DNA of 64,000 nucleotides from Escherichia coli (GTDB lineage Bacteria; Pseudomonadota; Gammaproteobacteria; Enterobacterales; Enterobacteriaceae): NCBI RefSeq assembly GCF_003991155.1, contig NZ_CP031297.1; one strand, 5' to 3'. Shown piece by piece: positions 61,996 to 64,000 of this stretch (position 1 is its first letter; each line of letters starts with the position of its first letter). The notes under the pieces were generated by a model. It saw only the letters and a program-made list of their open reading frames with translations, ran no database searches and was not told where the DNA came from. The position numbers and the translations under genes were made by a program.

Positions 61996-62601
61996 ATGTC
62001 TAATTCAAATTTCGGCTTTCTAGCTCTGGCCTTGCGCCAACGCCTGATCAAACGCTGGTCACTGATGCACTCTGTTCAACCGGAGTCTGTGTTGGAACAC
62101 AGCGCTGTTGTTACCCTGCTTTCCTACCTGGCTGGCAATATTGCCATTCAGCAAGGGAAGTCGGTGGATCTGGCAGTCATGCTTGCTCATGCTTCGTTGC
62201 ATGATGCAGCCGAGGTTCTCTGTTCGGATGTTGTAACACCGGTCAAGAAAGCAAACGCTGTTTTGCAGCGTGAGTTTGAACGACTGGAAAAGGCCGCAGA
62301 GGACAAACTCATCCAGACTCTTCCCGAAGAACTCCAGGATGCAGTCGCCATAGCCTTCGCTCCCGGTGGCTATGAACAATCACTGGTTAAGGCCTGTGAT
62401 ACCTACTCCGCTTACATCAAGTGCAAACTTGAGGTGGCCGCAGGTAATGGCCTTGAGTTCCAGGATGCTCTCAGCAAAATGGAACGTGTTGTTGCTCAGG
62501 TGAAATCGGACTTCCCGGAAATCGACGCTCTGGACAAATGGTTTGGTAACGGACTCGGCCATTCAGTAGATAAACTGCTGGCAGGGGGTAACGATGACTA
62601 A
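61996..62601 (+). CDS. HD-domain 5'-deoxynucleotidase, YfbR-like
   Basis: 201 aa; LIKRWSLMHSVQPESVLEHS...LHDAAEVLCSDVVTPVKK parallels E. coli YfbR (from memory). Confidence 0.7.
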   Translation: MSNSNFGFLALALRQRLIKRWSLMHSVQPESVLEHSAVVTLLSYLAGNIAIQQGKSVDLAVMLAHASLHDAAEVLCSDVVTPVKKANAVLQREFERLEKAAEDKLIQTLPEELQDAVAIAFAPGGYEQSLVKACDTYSAYIKCKLEVAAGNGLEFQDALSKMERVVAQVKSDFPEIDALDKWFGNGLGHSVDKLLAGGNDD

Positions 62602-62863
62602 TCCAATCCCTGGCGACATCAAGATTAAGGACTTTGGCCGCGACCGGAAATTCCGTTCGGTTGATGAGCTTCAAAGCACTTTGTCAGAACAGTACAAAGG
62701 TCAGCATGTCAGCATCGTTTACCCTGCAAAGCCCAGCGGTTTACTCCGCACGGTTTTTGTCAGTGTCGATGATGCTGGTGGCGTGAATCGAACCTATGGG
62801 GACCAGTCTCCTGTCGATTTTTCTGCCATCAAAGATGACCTGTATGTACCAAGTGACCTGTAG
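62594..62863 (+). CDS. hypothetical protein (89 aa)
   Basis: Overlaps the upstream gene end by 8 nt. Confidence 0.4.
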   Translation: MTNPIPGDIKIKDFGRDRKFRSVDELQSTLSEQYKGQHVSIVYPAKPSGLLRTVFVSVDDAGGVNRTYGDQSPVDFSAIKDDLYVPSDL

Positions 62864-62876
62864 GAGAGCACTAGCT

Positions 62877-63095
62877 ATGGTGGTGATCATCGTAAACACA
62901 GGACACTATGAGTTTATCGGCCTTGGTGAGACCCACGGACAAGCCACAGAAGGGCTTTTGAAACGCTGGGACGAACACTGCGAACGTAATCCGGATGCTG
63001 AGTCTGGTTACATGCAGGAGCTGATAGAAGAAGGAAGCGCACAAGTTGTCGAGATGGAGCCCGGCTCCGCCGTAATTTACGGACTTGACGGCTAA
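62877..63095 (+). CDS. hypothetical acidic protein (72 aa)
   Basis: Trimmed to MVVIIVNTGH... after AGGAGAG. Confidence 0.4.
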   Translation: MVVIIVNTGHYEFIGLGETHGQATEGLLKRWDEHCERNPDAESGYMQELIEEGSAQVVEMEPGSAVIYGLDG

Positions 63096-63107
63096 GCCTT
63101 CTCAACT

Positions 63108-63168
63108 AACCCACTCGGGCGCATCATCCCGAGAGGGTGTGGTGCGTCCTAACCAAAAGGAATGCACT
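63108..63168 (+). promoter_or_regulatory. structured gene leader
   Basis: CTCGGGcgcatcatCCCGAG. The gtgcgt core of ggtgcgt (63141) pairs with atgcac (63162). Loop gcgcatcat (63119) mimics the start region. Confidence 0.6.
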
Positions 63169-63726
63169 ATGTCTAACTTTGAACAAGCTCTGGAGCGTAC
63201 TGACGGTAAAACACTGATTCTCAGCAATGGGAGTAAGTGGGCAGGCCAAGACCCGGACAGTATTCAGACTTTACTGGATGTCCTGGGTGACAACGTTCTT
63301 GACCCGATGTTTGAGCAGTATCACTGTTATCGCCCATACCCGTTTGAACCAATGGTGAGGACGGGGCGAAATGGCGAAATGTTCCAGCCTTGGCTTGGGG
63401 CAGCCTGCTTCTTTGGGAACTTCCTGACTGTCTCTCATGTTTTCAACATCATCACGAAAGATGACGGTGTTGTTGAGGCCTTAACAGAGGCGATCCGGAA
63501 GAATATGGCGACTGAACAGTACCAGCAGAATGCCTATGAGCGTTATGCCGGTTGGTTCTACGCTGAAACCAGCGAAGGGTTAAGGCTAGTCTCTCCAAGT
63601 GAGGCTGCCGACATCCGAGCTGGCGCAGTTTCAAAGCTGCGTTACCCAAGAAACTTCGAGGTTATGAAAACTGCGGTTCTCAAAGGTCCTCGATTTGATA
63701 CTGAATTAAGCCGCAAGGCTTCTTAA
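63169..63726 (+). CDS. hypothetical protein (185 aa)
   Basis: Trimmed to MSNFEQALER... after AAGGAA. Confidence 0.45.
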   Translation: MSNFEQALERTDGKTLILSNGSKWAGQDPDSIQTLLDVLGDNVLDPMFEQYHCYRPYPFEPMVRTGRNGEMFQPWLGAACFFGNFLTVSHVFNIITKDDGVVEALTEAIRKNMATEQYQQNAYERYAGWFYAETSEGLRLVSPSEAADIRAGAVSKLRYPRNFEVMKTAVLKGPRFDTELSRKAS

Positions 63727-63736
63727 CCCAAACATT

Positions 63737-63800
63737 AACCCCACGGGGGACATCGGTCCCTGAGGGGATGGTGTCTCCCTCTGAAATTAAGGAGATACCA
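63737..63800 (+). promoter_or_regulatory. structured gene leader
   Basis: CCCCacGGGGGACatcgGTCCCtgaGGGG. tggtgtctcc (63769) pairs with ggagatacca (63791) with one G-U pair. Confidence 0.65.
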
Positions 63801-64000
63801 ATGATTAAACAGCATTTTCAAAACGAACTGGTTAAGTGTGGATACCCGGATGATCTGACGATTGAGTACAGTCTCGGATACTGCCAGGGGGATGGCGTAG
63901 CCTTCTACGGGGATTTGAGCGTTGATGACGTCAAAGCTCTCATGAATCGCCTATTCAGCACTGAGCCCGGCCAAGTGGATGCTGTCAGCCGCGTGAAGAA
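63801..64000 (+). CDS. hypothetical protein, N-terminal part (runs off the right edge)
   Basis: Own translation MIKQHFQNELVKCGYPDDLTIEYSLGYCQGDGVAFYGDLSVDDVKALMNRLF...; AAGGAG upstream. Confidence 0.4.
   Translation, partial: MIKQHFQNELVKCGYPDDLTIEYSLGYCQGDGVAFYGDLSVDDVKALMNRLFSTEPGQVDAVSRVK

Larger units (their letters stand above)
1..64000. mobile_element. Backbone segment of a conjugative plasmid/ICE with MOBH relaxase and F-like (MPF-F) pilus genes; IncC (IncA/C2) type-1-like, related to SXT/R391
   Basis: traI(HD relaxase)-traD, traLEKBVA, dsbC-traC-trhF-traW-traU, traN, then cobS-like/ssb/bet/exo/vWA array; 11 activator boxes; a 1832-codon ORF between traA and dsbC. Family assignment is from memory of published backbones, not a search. 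Confidence 0.7.

Noticed and set aside
40633..63726. N-terminal extensions of track ORFs (for example 40633, 41272, 43682, 44274, 46566, 51563, 53160, 53626, 53971, 54201, 54755, 55153, 57255, 63085)
   Set aside because: The extensions translate the GC-rich structured leaders. In each case an internal ATG sits 5-9 nt after a clear SD, and the leader architecture is shared with neighbouring genes.
40500..64000. Possible CRISPR array or REP-type repeats, because of the many recurring GC hairpins
   Set aside because: The units are not identical short repeats with regular spacers. Each occupies a gene leader, and the variable parts track the downstream SD and start codon.
1..64000. Resistance genes, IS elements, transposons, integrons, toxin-antitoxin pairs, tRNA/rRNA
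   Set aside because: I found no transposase- or integrase-like ORFs, no terminal inverted repeats and no recognisable resistance determinants while reading the translations. This cannot be excluded without a database search.

Overview
Gene-dense segment of a conjugative-element backbone. I saw no resistance genes, IS elements, integron, tRNA/rRNA or CRISPR. Left to right: (1) a partial N6-adenine methyltransferase on the - strand. (2) An 11-gene + strand operon of mostly unknown function, including a DnaJ-type Zn-finger protein, a C5-methyltransferase paralogue with an AbrB-like N-terminus, and an ASCH protein. (3) A - strand unit with topoisomerase III. (4) The transfer genes: traI (MOBH HD-domain relaxase), traD, several small membrane or secreted ORFs, traL-E-K-B-V-A, a 1832-codon secreted giant ORF, dsbC-traC-trhF-traW-(stand-alone EAL)-traU, and traN. 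(5) A - strand lipoprotein gene and a PFL_4669/AcaB-like gene. (6) From 40.5 kb to the right edge, a 23-kb strictly + strand array of about 33 mostly small genes. These include a MoxR/CobS-like ATPase, ssb, bet, exo, a vWA/HExxH protein, two more DNA methyltransferases, a YfaE-like ferredoxin, a DndC-like PP-loop enzyme and a YfbR-like dNMP phosphohydrolase. Gene order, eleven boxes of the AcaCD/SetCD (FlhDC-family activator) type and the 1832-codon ORF point to an IncC (IncA/C2) type-1-like plasmid backbone related to SXT/R391; this is from memory and needs a database check. The most unusual content is non-coding and confined to the right-hand array. First, there are seven copies of a covarying stem-loop with invariant loop TAGCTGG and an A-rich tail (ops/nut-like). 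Second, about 25 gene-leading structured spacers begin at the upstream stop codon (TAACCC...), form a two-tier GC hairpin, then carry a gene-specific segment complementary to the downstream SD/start codon, often with an SD/start mimic in the hairpin. Together they look like an RNA-level control layer, possibly antitermination plus a translational relay, that I have not seen described. Protein-level oddities: a membrane-anchored mimic of the FtsZ C-terminal peptide, an SSB whose DDDIPF tip is capped by 9 extra residues, and five neighbouring unrelated proteins ending in acidic-aromatic tails.
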